Below the pieces are notes generated by a model, which worked only from the letters and a program-made list of their open reading frames with translations, was not told the DNA's origin and did not search any database. Made by a program: the position numbers and the translations under genes. From contig NC_042998.1 of the NCBI RefSeq assembly GCF_006345805.1, positions 69,130,001 through 69,194,000 of the forward strand: DNA of 64,000 bases, in the 5' to 3' direction. This document shows positions 1-14,517 of this stretch, piece after piece. Each line of letters opens with the position of its first letter. The first letter of the stretch is position 1. The stretch comes from Octopus sinensis (lineage: Eukaryota).

Positions 1-256
1 TTCTGGAGGAGGGAGTAAGTCGATTATATCGACTCCAGTGTCTAACTGGTACTCATTTTTCGACTCCGAAAGAATGAAAGACAAAGTCAACCTCGGCGGA
101 ATTTGAACTTAGAATGTAAGGACGGGCAAAATACTGCTAAGCATATTTTTTTAAACTCTCCTCTTTCCTGTCTCTTCTTCATTATCCTTCTTATCTCTTA
201 TCTTTCTCTTTATTACTCTCCTCTCCTCTCCTCTTTCAACTCTTCTTTTCTTCACT

Positions 257-338
<82 letters not shown>

Positions 339-749
339 TTAGATTCTTCGCTCTCTCCCCACAACAACTGGCCTGGCCCAGCAGCAGCAGCTACCCTGTC
401 AACTTCCACCTGAACCAACAAAAATATCCCGAACAAAGGTTATAGGCGTAGGCATGGCTGTGATGTTGTGATGTTAAGAACTTCCCTTCGGAATTATGTG
501 GTCGCAGGTTCACTCTCACTGCGAAGTATGTGGGACAAATATCAACCATTGCCTCCATGTCAGTGAAATTTGTTAACGGAAAGTGAAGCACCGTTCCTGT
601 CCAGGGATTGGTAGTTATAATCCATCGCTCGGTTTAAAACCACCGGATGGTCCTTGGGTGCCTTTTGCAATGTTTCCCCCCCCCGTTCCAAGCATTTTAG
701 TTTGAAGTCAGGTCTGGAAATAATTGGTTCCGTTCCTTCCGTCACTTAC

Positions 750-795
750 AGACACCCTTGAAAAGACGCCAGAGGTACTGCCCTCCCTCTTCTGA
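750..795 (-). other. candidate 46-nt internal exon of an unidentified host gene
   Basis: Minus strand: long CT-rich tract ending TTTAG, then TCAGAAGAGGGAGG...GGGTGTCT, then a perfect GTAAGT donor; all three frames are open across it. No homology recognised. Confidence 0.25.
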
Positions 796-1454
796 CTAAA
801 GTAAGAGAGAGAGGGGGGGAAGAGAGTAGGAGAGAGAGAAGTGGGAGAAAGAGGGATGGAGGGAGAAAAGAAAAAATAAAGATAAAAATAAAGACAGAGA
901 GAGAGAAGGAAAGAGAGTGAGAAAGGGAAAGAGAGAGAGAGAGAGAGAGAGTGAGAGAGTGAGAGAGAGAGAGTGAGAGAGAGAGAGTGAGAGAGAGAGA
1001 AGTGTGTCCCAAAAGAAATGTGATCGTGAAGAAATATTCCCGGAAATTGTATATTTCATCGCCATTAGTGCAGGATTAGAGGATGGCAGTGATTGATGAC
1101 TGATGAGAATACGATTAAAGAATAATTTAAACAAGACAACGAACCACCCAAGCTTCTGGCAACCCTCACCATCCTCTTTGTTATTTATATCATCTTGCAG
1201 TAACAATCAAGAAAAGTGTTGAAGAAATAAACAGATGCATTCCGCCCACAGAAAACAACCCCCACCACCAAAAACAAACAAACAAACAAACAAAAAAAAA
1301 CATGAGCATGGATATTCAGAATTGAGAAGAATTTTGGCAAAAAGAATCGCGAATATGTTTGGAAAAAACATCAGAACACTTGTGATAAGAATTCATGTGA
1401 AAAAAGAAATGCATTTTATTCTTTAGTCACCGGATGAAAAAGAATGTTAAGTGA

Positions 1455-1747
1455 CAAGTCCGTCGCTTACAATGACGAGACTTCCGGTTGATCCGATCAA
1501 CGGAACAGCCTGCTCGTGAAATTAACGCTCAACAGACACTCGCACCCTCAACGTGGTTCTCAGGGAGATTCAGCGTAAAGCAGAATGTGACAAGGCTGGT
1601 TCTTTAAAATACAGGTACAACTCATTTTTACTAGATGAGTGGACGAAAACAGCGTGAAATAAAGTGTCTTGTTCGCTAGGAATCGAACTCATGCCCTTAC
1701 GGTCGTGAGCCGAATACCCCTAACCAATAAACCACGCACCTTCACAC
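1455..1747 (-). mobile_element. tRNA-headed SINE (family with GTTGATCCGATCAACGGAACAGCCTGCTCGTG body)
   Basis: Minus-strand head GTGAAGGTGCGTGG...GGTTAGGG...GAGTTCGATTCC (A/B-box-like); body recurs at 15307, 39490, 39790, 52220, 52570 and 60060. Confidence 0.75.
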
Positions 1748-1928
1748 GTGTCAACACCCTCGCCACTAGGCCACACCTATTGACAAGGCGCGTGGAATGA
1801 AGTGCAGATCAGAAACAACTACGAGAAGAAACAGCTTCCTGTAAGTTGCAGGTTGTTGACCAGAGAATCTTTGCTAATCAACCAGATGGCATCTTACAAT
1901 CTATTTCTGAAATTAATGTGCTTCTGTC

Positions 1929-2140
1929 AAGGCGACGAGCTGGCTGAAACGTTAGCACGCCGGGCGAAATGCGTAGCCGTATTTCGTCTGCCGTTACGTT
2001 CTGAGTTCAAATTGCGCCGAGGTCGACTTTGCCTTCCTTCCTTTCGGGGTCGACTAAATAAGTATCAGTTATTGGGATTGATGTAATCGACTAGCCCCCT
2101 CCCCGCAAATTTTATGCCTTCTGCTTATTGTAGAAAGGAT
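1929..2140 (+). mobile_element. SINE with Nin/Deu-like central domain (CCTTTCGGGGTCGA..AAATAAGTA)
   Basis: Head AAGGCGACGAGCTGGC..AAACGTTAGCACGCCGGGCG, B-box-like GAGTTCAAAT; reverse copies at 1-145, 2200-2360, 41480-41690 and 54620-54980. Confidence 0.7.
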
Positions 2141-2362
2141 TAATATAATAATTGCTGTTTGCATTTATTCATCAAATCATTCTTTTTAATTTTAGTTCAA
2201 GGCTAACAATTTTGAGGGGCTAAGTCAGTCAGATTGACTCCAGTACGTGACTGGTTCTTTATTTTATCGATTCCGAGAGGACGAAAGGCAAAGCCGACCT
2301 CGGTACGATCTGCATTTAGAACATAAAGAGCCGGACTAAATTCCGCTGAGCAGTTTGTCCAA

Positions 2363-2545
2363 CGCGCAGGAGTGGCTGTGTGGTAAGTAGCTTGCTTACC
2401 AACCACTTGGTTCCGGGTTCAGTCCCACTGCGTAGCACCTTGGGCAAGTGTCTTCTACTATAGCCTCGGGCCAACCAAAGCCTTGTGAGTGGATTTGGTA
2501 GACGGAAACTGAAAGAAGTCCGTCGTATATATGCATATATATATA

Positions 2546-2622
<77 letters not shown>

Positions 2623-2830
2623 TAGTGTCTGTATTTGTCCCTCTACCATCGCTTGACAACCGATGCTGGTGTGTTTACGTCCCCGTAACTTAGCGGTTTG
2701 GCAAAAGAAACCGATAGAATATGTGCCATGCTTTCAAAGAAGAAGTCCTGAAGTCGATTTGCTCGACTAAAGGCGGCGCTCCAGCATGACCGCAGTCAAA
2801 TGATTGAAACAAGTAAAAGAGTAAAAGAGT
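2363..2830 (+). mobile_element. tRNA-derived SINE with central (TG)n microsatellite
   Basis: CGCAGGAGTGGCTGTGTGGTAAGTAGCTTG...GGGTTCAGTCCC head, central microsatellite, 3' tail TGAAACAAGTAAAAGAGTAAAAGAG; many copies in the window. Confidence 0.85.
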
Positions 2831-3584
2831 TCATCAAAACATTACAAATAAAGTATTGTTTTCAAATTTTGGCACAAGGCCAGCAATTTTAGGGGATGGG
2901 GTCAGTCGTGTATATCGACCCAGTGAGTAAATAAAAGGTAAAGTAGACCTCGGCGGCATTAGAACTCAGAGCGTAGGACAGACGAAATACCGCCAAGCGT
3001 GCTTAAGTTTCTTATTTCTTATTTCTTTATTGCCCACAAGGGGCTAAACATAGAGGGGACAAACAAGGACAGACTCGTTCGTAATCGCCTGCTCCTCGCC
3101 GTCATACGCGTCGCAAATGGCAGCAGGTCTGTTCATTTGTCGTTTCGCACGCTCGGGATCACCGCCTCCGCCTTGCTATCGTAGATGTGGGCATCCACCG
3201 CTGCTACCGGGAGTGTGGACGTCGTCATTGCATCTTCTGCCGTCTTCATGTGACCGCCTCCGCCCGCTGGCATGCTACCGAAGTCGGCAGTCCATTGCTG
3301 CCTCGTTGACTGATGTCGTCCCGGGAACATCGTTGCTCTTGCTTGTGAATTCCGCGACCGATAAAATAAGTACAACGCTGTAAAAAAAAGTACCGGAGTC
3401 GATTCATTGGACTAAAAATTCTTCAAGCCGGTGCTCCAGCATGGCCACAGTTTAATGCCTGAAACAAGATTAAAAATAACAATCACTCTCGAACGTACGC
3501 AGAGGAATCGAAACAGAGTACCATACTTAACTATTCAGCAATACTGCAACTACATATACTCTTATCGTTTCTTCCTTTTACCAA

Positions 3585-3642
3585 TTTCAATCGGTTGTCA
3601 AACGATGATGGGGAGGACAAACACAGACACACACACACACAG

Positions 3643-3676
<34 letters not shown>

Positions 3677-3683
3677 ACACACA

Positions 3684-3730
<47 letters not shown>

Positions 3731-3888
3731 GACAGGCTTCTTTCAGTTTCCGTCAACCAAATCCACTCACACGGCTTTGGTCGGCCCGAGGCTATAGTAG
3801 AAGACACTTGCCCAAGGCGCCACGCAGTGGGACTGAATCCGGAACCACAGGGCTGTGAAGTAAGCTTCTTACCACACAGCCACGCCTA
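3585..3888 (-). mobile_element. SINE (same family as 2363-2830), partial
   Basis: Reverse complement of the family head and core with a central (CA)n. Confidence 0.8.
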
Positions 3889-3892
3889 TACC

Positions 3893-3924
<32 letters not shown>

Positions 3925-4349
3925 TGTATGTATGTATGTATGTATGTATGTATGTATGTATGTATGTTTTTCTTTCTTTGCCCCTCTTTTTCCTTCTTTC
4001 CATTCTCTTTCACTGTCTTTCCCTTTTTAATACTTTACGTCTTTCTTCATTCTGATATTTTGCCCTTCTTTAGTCTCCAGACCTACAGGACATTTTCACT
4101 TTCCTTTGCGTTATCCCATCTCAATTTGTCTTGCGGCCGCGCACGGTTTTTTGGTTGTATATGTAGGTTTTATTTTATATTTATTTTCGTCATCGTCTTA
4201 TACATTTGTTAGCTATTCCCAGTAGCTTTTTGCCACTGACACCACCAAGAATGAACACTATGAACGTTAAAGGCGCGAAACTAATGCTCTTCTGAACATT
4301 GACTGATGAGGAATAAGCAACGAATTTTCTATTTGTTATGTTTTTGTAA

Positions 4350-5238
<889 letters not shown>

Positions 5239-5279
5239 TATATATATATATATATTCGTATATATATATATATATATAC

Positions 5280-5310
<31 letters not shown>

Positions 5311-5341
5311 TGTATGTATGTATGTATGTATGTATGTACGT

Positions 5342-5385
<44 letters not shown>

Positions 5386-6034
5386 TGTGTGTATCAAGAA
5401 AGAAAAGAAAGCTAGTTAAAATTTCCTAGGTAAAGGTTAAGATATTTAACATATTTGCTTAAATGTTCGCCATAACTTATCGTCTGACTTTTACAGCGAC
5501 ATGAAACAGCAAAGCTGCACTTGTTGACGAAAAGGCATAGATCGCTTCACGGCCATGTATCAAACGTACTTCTTTACTGTGATAGGGTAAGATATATTTA
5601 TCTTTAGTTTTCCAGAATATTCTCGCAATTTTCGCAACTTAGCTACGATATTGTATATACTTGAAACTATTTATCTGACATGATGCCATGTGGCAGGGAG
5701 AATGGAGAAAAATAAAAGAAAATAAAAGGAAAAAAGAGAGAAAAAAAAAAGGAAGGCAGGTAAAAGATGGGATGCGGTTACGTGCTTGTGTTAGTACTGG
5801 GGTATGAGAGTCACCTTCCCTGCGTAAGAGGGGGAGGAGGATAAAGAAAGGGAGGGAGTGAGAAGTGGGGGGAGACTGAGAGAGAGCGATACACACACAC
5901 ACACACATATATATAGACATGCATATATATTTATATAAATTGATATGTGTGTATGTATAGATGCATATATATATACATGCGTGTGTATGCATGTGTGTGT
6001 GTATATATATACACACACACACACATGCATACAC

Positions 6035-6067
<33 letters not shown>

Positions 6068-6072
6068 CACAC

Positions 6073-6135
<63 letters not shown>

Positions 6136-6163
6136 TGTATGTGTGTGTGTATGTGTGCATGCA

Positions 6164-6195
<32 letters not shown>

Positions 6196-6676
6196 CATGT
6201 ATATACATGTACTACTCACATAGATAGATTAAAAGGAACACACACACACACTTTCACATACACGTATCCAAGCATAGAAACTCGCACACATGATAAAACT
6301 GGGTTAGACAAAGAACCGAGAAAGGGGATTTGTGTTGGTAGGGTACAGAGTATTTTGGTTGGATCTTGAGCGTCTGAAAAACAATGTGTGTCTTTGAGTG
6401 TGTGCGTGTGTGTGTGTGTATATGAGTGTGTGTGCGTGTGTGTATGCGTGCGCGCACGAATGTAACTATGTATGTGTATATGTTGTTAGATGTATGTTTG
6501 TGTGTGCATATGTAGTTATAGTTGTGTTCGTGTGTAACCGGGTGTGTAACCGGGGTGTGAATGCGTACGTGTTGTATATGTTTGTGTGTGTATAGGTTCA
6601 TGTTGTGTGTCTGGGGTTGCGTGTATGCGTACGTGTTGTATGTGTGTGCGTGCGTGTGGGTGTGGGTGTGTGTGTA

Positions 6677-6730
<54 letters not shown>

Positions 6731-7138
6731 TGTGTATGCGTACATGTATTTTTGTGCGTGTGTGTATGCATGTGTGTTGCATATGTGTGCAGCAGGTTGT
6801 ATCCATGTGTTTTATGGTCGCTTCTTTTCTTTTTTCTATGTTTACCACAAGATGTGTTTGTTTAGAAGCAAGTTAACGGCCTCAAGTAAATGGTGGCGTA
6901 CAAAATATGCAATGTATGGCTAAATGAAATGGAAAACCTGAGAGCATAAAGAGAGGGGCGAGGGGGAGGGCCGAGGGGTGGGGGCGAGGGGAAGGGATGA
7001 GGTGGGGAGAGGATTCTTTTCTTTTTACGCTTTTATTCTTTTTCACTCGTTTCAGTCATTTTGACTGAGGCCATCTTGGAGCACCGCATTTTTAGTCGAA
7101 CAAATCAACCCCTGGACTTATTGTTTGAAAGCCTGGTA

Positions 7139-8431
7139 CGAGGGGCGTTCAATAAGTAATGCCCCTGACCCACTTCCCATAGCAGTAGAGCAACGAAACT
7201 TGGCAAGGTTATTAGTCTTTTTCTACATAGGAACCACCCAGAGTTACGCATTTCTCCCATCGTTTGATGCAGCTCTGGAGACCGTTTTTGTAGAAGACCC
7301 CAGCTTGGTCCTCCAACCACGACGTGACTTCAGAAATCAAGGCTGCATCATCTGGGAAACGCTTTCCTTTCAAAAACAACTTTATGGATGGGAAGAGGTG
7401 AAAATCCGAGGGTGCAAGGTCAAGAGAGTAGGGGCATGGGGAAGGAGTTCATAGCCGCACGCCTGTGCTTCTGATCTGGCGACCATCGAGTTGTGGACCG
7501 GAGCGTTGTCCTGCAGGAGGAGGATGCCTTTGCTGATCTTGCCCCGCCTCTTGATTTTGATAGCTTCTCTTAATTTCATCAAAAGTGAAGCATAATAGGC
7601 TCCTGTAATTGTGGTACCCTTTGCCAGGAAATCTATCATCACTACTCCGTCCTGGTCCCAGAAGACTGTGAGCATGACCTTGCTAGCGGAGGGCTGCACC
7701 CTTGCCTTCTTTGGAGGAGGTAAGTCACGGTGCTTCCACTGCATTGACTGGGCTTTTGTCTCTGGATCATAGTGATGGACCCAGGTTTCATCCTGTGTAA
7801 TCAGTCTTTTGAAAAATTTTGACTCATCTTCTTGGCACATCTCCAAATTCATCCTCGAGCACTCGACGCGTTCTTGCTTCCGGAAAGGTGTGAGCAACCT
7901 GGGAATCCATCTGGCAGACACCGTTTGCATATGCAAATGGTCATGAATGATTGGTTTCCACAGACCCGGTACTAATCTCGACCTCATGGGCTATTTGGCG
8001 AATAGCTATGCGTCGATCTTCCAAAATGGCAGCCTCAACTTGATGGACGGATGCCTCATCAATAGCAGTAGGGGGGCGACCAGATCTGGGAGCTGTTTCC
8101 ACAGAGTTCCGACCATGTTTGAATTCACAATGCCAGCGTTTTACAAGGTCATATGATGGGGCATCATCACCATAAGTTACTTTCATTTCATCAAAAGTCT
8201 CCCGTGGTGTGCGTCCTTTCAAATATAAAAAGCGGATCACTGCTCGACACTCAACAGGCTCCATTTCACACTTGACTCAGTTCAAACACCTGTAAATCAG
8301 AAACCACAATTAGTTCAGAGCTGTAATTTACCACTTAATCTATAGAGATATAGATAATTGCACATGCAAAATTTCAGCTAGATCAAACAACTGCAAGTGG
8401 GTCAGAGGCATTACTTATTGAACGCCCCTCG
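7139..8431 (-). mobile_element. full-length mariner (DD34D-type) element, ~1293 bp, TA TSD, inserted in a SINE
   Basis: TIRs CGAGGGGCGTTCAATAAGTAATGCC(C/T)CTGACCCACTT at both ends, each flanked by TA; the host SINE (approx. 7030-8760, minus) is split at GCCTGG-TA-CTTATTC. Confidence 0.95.
7200..8264 (-). pseudogene. mariner transposase with two frameshifts
   Basis: ORFs 7941-8264 and 7382-7987: HTH region, WIPRLL, ITQDETW, LLQDNAPVH, then an SPDLAPSDF-like motif out of frame. Confidence 0.9.
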
Positions 8432-8818
8432 TACTTATTCTGTCGGGCTCTTTTGTCGAACCGCTAAGTTACAGGGACGTAAACACAACCACCATTGTCA
8501 AGCGATGGTGGGGGATTGGGGGGACAAACACACACAATTCTATACATATACATATACCTGCACACACACAATTCTATACATATACATATACCTGCACACA
8601 CACACACACACACATATATATACATGATGGGCTACAAAATCCACTCACAAAGCTTTGATCGGCCCGAGGCTATAGTAGAAGACACTTGCCCAAGGTGCCA
8701 CGCAGTGGGACTGAATCCGGATCTATGTGGTTAAGAAGCAAGCTTTTTACCACACAGTCATATGAGAATAGCGAGAAGAGAGTGAAGAGTACTTATTGCT
8801 AAGATGTCTAAGTTCTAC

Positions 8819-8944
<126 letters not shown>

Positions 8945-10003
8945 GTATGGCACCGCGAGTGTCGCGTTGCTCTCACGCAACTCTGCCGTCCCGGGTCGAC
9001 CTTGAGTGACTTCAACACAACCAAAGCATTCTATAGGGGATTAGTGGAAGGGAGGTACGACGACGAGCTCGGGGCAAACCTGGGCGTCGACGAGGAATAC
9101 CTGACCCGCCTGTTTCAAACGACTTTCGGCCCGGGACCTATGGACAACTTCCAGAGATCCCTGGCCTGGCGGTGCTACCGAGAAGCGCTACCCGTTCGGG
9201 ATAAGCTCTATAGGCATGGCTCGAGAAACACGGGGCCGACCTGCCCGAGATGCGGTCAGAGCGACGAAACCGCTCTGCACGCAATCGTGCAGTGTCCAGC
9301 AATTTCCGACCTGTGGGCTTATGTCGAACGACTACTGTCACGTGTGGGACGTGTCGGTTTATCAGCCGAGTCTATCGTTAATATCGTCACGCCTCCTTCC
9401 TTCAAACGGGAAGGAAGAGCTATTTTTATCATACTTGTGGCTATGGCGAAAGAATGTATCTGGTGGACGCGCCTGAAAGGATTAGAGACAAACACTTTCC
9501 TCTCTGGTCAATCTCTCATCAACTTCTTCAAGTATCACTTGAAGAGGAAAGTGAGAGTAGAGAGGCAAGTTTTGTCTAGTGAATGTTTTAAAAAAAGATG
9601 GGTGAATGTAGCAAGGATGGCACGTATGAATGACGAAGCCACCTTGACTATGATTCCATGAACCATAAAAATTAATACAGAGAGTTGCTTATTTGCAAAA
9701 AAAAAAGAAATATAACATGTGACTTCATTGACCGAGGTTACCGTGGTCTTTTCCGTAGGCTTTTATTTCCACGGGTAAACCTCACCTGTCCTCCCCTTTA
9801 CACTTCATATTGACATTTCTGTGATAACGATCCCTATTATTCATTTTTTTTTCTCCCCCCCCCATTTTTTTGTCCTTTTTCCTTCCTTTTACGATCCCTT
9901 TTGATCGAAAACCACCACTCTCCTTTTTTTACCCCCAAAAGAAAAGCTCTACCTTGTAATTTGTTCTATCTGTGTGCAGCCCTGTGTGGCTAATAAAGAA
10001 ACA
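8945..10003 (+). mobile_element. 5'-truncated Tx1-clade LINE embedded in (TCTA)n
   Basis: ORF2 C-terminus (DNFQRSLAWRCYREALPVR, CPRCG..DETALHAIVQC zinc-binding motif) homologous to ORF 24051-27440; 3' end AATAAAGAAACA; (TCTA)n on both sides. Confidence 0.9.
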
Positions 10004-10038
<35 letters not shown>

Positions 10039-10104
10039 TTCATTATCTGTCTGCTATTTATCTATCTATTTGGATCACTAGAATACGATTTTACAAAAGC
10101 AAAC

Positions 10105-10557
10105 ATACATAGCAGCTTCCTCTATGGATCCGGATGTTGGAAAACAACTAAAAGTATTCAAAAGAAATTGGAGGTGTTTCAAAATAAATGTTTACGAAAA
10201 ATTTTGAAGGTTTACTGGCCGAATATGATCTCGAATAGTCAACTACACAGCAAGGCTAACGTGAAACCAATTAGAGAATCTACCGAAGCGAGGAGAGGGA
10301 AATGGCTGGGTCGAGTTTGTCGCTATCAACCGAACTCAATTGTCAGGGTCGCTTTGCAATGGGTTCCACAAAGTAAAAGATGTAGCCGACCAAAGGAAAC
10401 GTGGAAGGGAACAATAACAAACGGTCTTAAAAGCAGAAGGTTAACAATGGAACAAGCTGTCACGGACGCTTTCAGTGTTAGAAGGTGGAACGATCTTGCT
10501 GTCGCGTCAAGTTCCACAAGGCACAAGGAGAACCGAATGAATGAATGCATGGAGTGA
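10105..10557 (+). mobile_element. RTE-clade LINE 3' fragment
   Basis: LYGSGCW..KKLEVFQNKCLRKILKVYWPNMISN...KWLGRV..RVALQW.P...RPKETW, a typical RTE post-RT region. Confidence 0.85.
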
Positions 10558-10747
10558 GATCCCCGTTGACAGGCGTGCCTGATATTAAATAAAGTGGCAA
10601 CACCTACAGTATGCAAATTTGTAGCCCCAGTTTTCTATAACAACTCGAATTGTTGGTAAGAATCCAACAATATTCGAAAAACGATGAAGGCGGTTCATCG
10701 TTTTCCCAATCTACGGGGAAATAGCTAAATTAGCCTTGTCTACTATG

Positions 10748-10811
<64 letters not shown>

Positions 10812-10814
<3 letters not shown>

Positions 10815-12045
10815 GGTGCGGACGGTATTTGAGGACACTTGCATTTTTAGTCATTATTTTATTGGACTAATTTTTATTGATTTTCTATTTCAGAAAATAA
10901 CAATGATAGGCCCTATGCTTACTAATGAAGTGAAAAGGCATGCTGAGGTTGTGGCTCCGAAGCCGTGGTGATTTCTCGATTTCTGAAAGTTGTAAGATGT
11001 TTTGTCTACAAGATTCGATGTGAGTTACAGAAAGAAGATGGAAGCCTATTACCTGTATCAAAACGTAAAAAAAAAACAACAAAAAAAACATTCCAAACGC
11101 CCTGATTCTATCAGGACACCTGAATTTATTCTGGAAGTTAAGCAAAACATTGAAGACAATCCAGGAAAATTAATGAGGTCAACTGCAAAAATTTCGTGTG
11201 TTAAAATAAAACAATCAGAAATGTTGTGGATGAAGACATCAAATACAAATTTTATGTGATGAGGAGAGGTCAATTCATATAAGAAAAAAACAAAAAACAA
11301 AAGAAAACCGTTTAATCAGATCCAAAACAATTTTGAACAAACTTAAAAATCCATCAGAAGATGGTGTGATTTGGTTTTTCTCAGATGAGAAAAACTTTAA
11401 CCAGGACTAGAAAACTAACAGAAGAAATGACAGATGGCTATGTGCAGACCCTTCTGTGATTCAAAGAGTAATGCACATAAAAATTTTCTGCAAGTCTCAT
11501 GTTTTTGGGTGTTGTTAGCAACGAAAGACATGTGATGCCTCCTCACTTTTTTCCACAAGGCCACAATATGCTGCGTATATTAAGGTTCTGGATAAAACTG
11601 TTAAGCTCTGGATCAACGATGACGGCAATGGAAGGCCTTATGTCATTCAACAAGGTTCTGCACCATCACACAAGGCTCAAATGACACAAGAACGGATGGC
11701 CGACAATTTGCATAATCACATCACCCCTAACATTAAGCCTCCTAATTCTCTAGATTTCAATCCACTGGACTACCATGTATGAAGCATCGTTGAGAAAAAT
11801 GCCAACGAACACCCCAATAGCACCAAAGATTCTTTGAAAGCCGCCATAGTTCAAGCTTGTAAACGATTTCGACTCCGCGTAGAGGCAGTTATTGATGTGT
11901 ATGGTGGTTTTGTTGAAAGAAATTATTAAATTGATTATTTAGATTTATGTTTATGTTATTTTTATAAAAATACAGTTTTTTTCTCTTATCATAGAAGCGT
12001 TTTTTAAAAACCATAAATCTGTCCTCAAATCCCGTCCGCACCCTG
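10812..12045 (+). mobile_element. degenerate Tc1/mariner element, maT (DD37D)-like
   Basis: TIRs CAGGGTGCGGACGG(T/G)ATTTGAGGACA; broken transposase motifs WFFSDEKNF, NRRNDRW, GVVSNERHVMPPHFF, QQGSAPSH, PPNSLDFNPLDY. Confidence 0.9.
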
Positions 12046-12152
12046 TGTTATATATATATATAATAGTAGGGAATATAAAATTCCAAAGCAACAGGGGAAA
12101 ACAAACTCAATTTAGTAATAGTAAATCAAATTTCACGATATATTATATATAT

Positions 12153-12600
12153 CAGAGGATGTGCAGATTAGTTACGGTTCAGTTCAGCCAATTATCACTG
12201 AAGATTTGGGTATGAGTTGCGTGTTTGCTAAGTTTGTGCCAAAACTGCTTTCAGCTGACCAAAAAGACACTTGAGTTTCAGTTGCACAAAATCTCCTTGA
12301 TTTTGTCAAGAACGATGAAAATATTTTGAAAACTTTGCGTAGGCCACTGAGCAGGTATCGCCAAGCATTTGGAAAATTTGATGCAGATTCTCTGCTCAAC
12401 TTCCTCAGTCATCGTCAATGCGACGATCACACGCTACACACGTTCCTTCCAAGCACTGCTGTAAACAGTGGAAGTGAGCTAGAACGTTAAAACCAAGTGC
12501 AGCAGAGTTGAAGGTCAATCTCTGCTAAGCGGCTTTACTCTGCGTGCTTTAGCTTCGTTACTATAGCAACAGTTCAAATACTTATTGATCATACCACGTA
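12153..12600. mobile_element. rearranged mariner fragment with internal inversion
   Basis: + strand ISYGSVQPIITEDLGM..AKFVPKLL (12153-12337); minus strand N-terminus MTEEVEQRICIKF plus TIR-like TACGTGGTATGATCAATAAG. Confidence 0.75.
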
Positions 12601-14276
12601 TGTATATATGAGATGAGGAGTTTCCGCCAGGGTGACGTTTATATATAAAAGTTATTTGCAGTGTGTACAGCGTGAGCTGAAACTATGATTTGCATCTTTA
12701 TTTTATAATACGGTCTGGCAGACTCAAATGCAAAGTATACTGGTCGCTGTTTGTAACGCACTCCCCTCATTGGTAGAAGGAGTTCCGGAACACCGGTGTT
12801 TCGGCATGTTTTATCTCATCAGTCAGTGGTTAGGGTGTTAATAACCGTAAGTCTGTAAGTTCGTATCCGGTGTTGGGCAGAACGTTGTATTCTCAAGCAA
12901 AATACTTCATTTCACATTGCTTCAATTAACTCAGTTGCAATGAGCAACAGCTAACGTAATGCCGATGAGGCCTCAGGTAGTTGGTTTGATTACCGGACTT
13001 GACTTGCTTTGCATTTCTTGATCGAACACTTCATTTCACGTTGGTCTCCCTCTAACTGTTATATCTCAGCTGCCCAGCAAGGTTGAAGATGAAAGGGTCA
13101 GGAAGCCGTCTATGTCCGCTCGCAACGAACAGAAAATAATTAAAATCATGGTACCTGTATGAAGGTGCGTGGTTAGGGTATTGGTACGTGGCTAGTGGTT
13201 AGAATATTGCACTCACAATCGTAAGATTGTGGTTTCGATTCCCGGATCGGGTACTGTATTGTGTTATTGAGCAAAACATTAATTTCACGTTGCTCAAGTT
13301 CATTCAGACGTAAATGAGTTCCAGTAATAACTGGGAAGTTAACTCTGTGACGGACTGGCGTCCCATTCAGGGGTGAGTGTTATAATCTCAGTCATTTATA
13401 TGCTGTGGAAACTGGGTTAAACCCCACCCTATGGCTTATGCCGAACCTTAGCAAAAGCCATGGTACATGCTATCAGATTATTCTCTTTTTGCGATTGACA
13501 GCTGTTAGGGCGTGACTGGAAGAATATTTGGCTGCTATTTCTATTTGGTCGCGTAGCCATGTAGAGCTGGCTTCCTTCATTGGATTGTCAATGAATTTGT
13601 TTGTGTCACTCTCACAGACACACACATACACGCACACACGCGTAATTACATGTGCATGCACGCACGCACGCACAAACATGCACATGTAAGTATGCACACA
13701 CATACATATACATACACAGATAGACACACTCATACATACAAACAAACATGCGCAGATACACATACACGCAAGCATGCACACATCCGAACACACACACACA
13801 CACACACTTAATCACATGCACGCATACATGTTCACACGGTCAATCACACACGTGTATACACGCGCACAATTACATACACATGAACAGACAGATACACACA
13901 CACACATAATGACGTAAACACTCGCGCATGCGTACTCACTATCTACCATATTGAACAATGAAGTATCACATTGGTCCAAAACCCACAAAACTGTAGAGAA
14001 AGGGGTTTAATACAAATGAGTAATTTATTATTTATTGACCCAGGAGGAATGAAAAGGCAAACGGCTGCATATGGAAGACGATGAAACGAAACACTGTAAA
14101 GCGTTTAACCTAGTTCTATGGCTGTATCTGTTAAAAACAATCGTCGAAAGTTTTTGAGGAAAAATATAATGAATTTCTTTATTTGCTCCACACTCACGCG
14201 CACACTAATACACACGGTGTGTGTATATAGAGTATGTAATCATCCGTTCAGATATCTTCATAAATACAGACACAAG

Positions 14277-14335
<59 letters not shown>

Positions 14336-14472
14336 TGCACTCTCACGCACGCGCGCACACATATGTATAGATAAATGTATGTGTATAGATACGTATATGT
14401 GCATATTTATGTATATGTATGTATGAGTATGTATGTATATATATATATGTATGTATGTATATGTATGTATGA

Positions 14473-14517
<45 letters not shown>

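Noticed and set aside
343-438. Plus-strand 96-nt open exon (ILRSLPTTTGLAQQQQ...)
   Set aside because: No polypyrimidine tract (preceded by a GA repeat) and a weak donor.
12780-12832. Minus-strand hammerhead CUGAUGA..GAAACACCGGUGUU
   Set aside because: Core boxes are present but stems I and II do not pair; at best a decayed PLE remnant.
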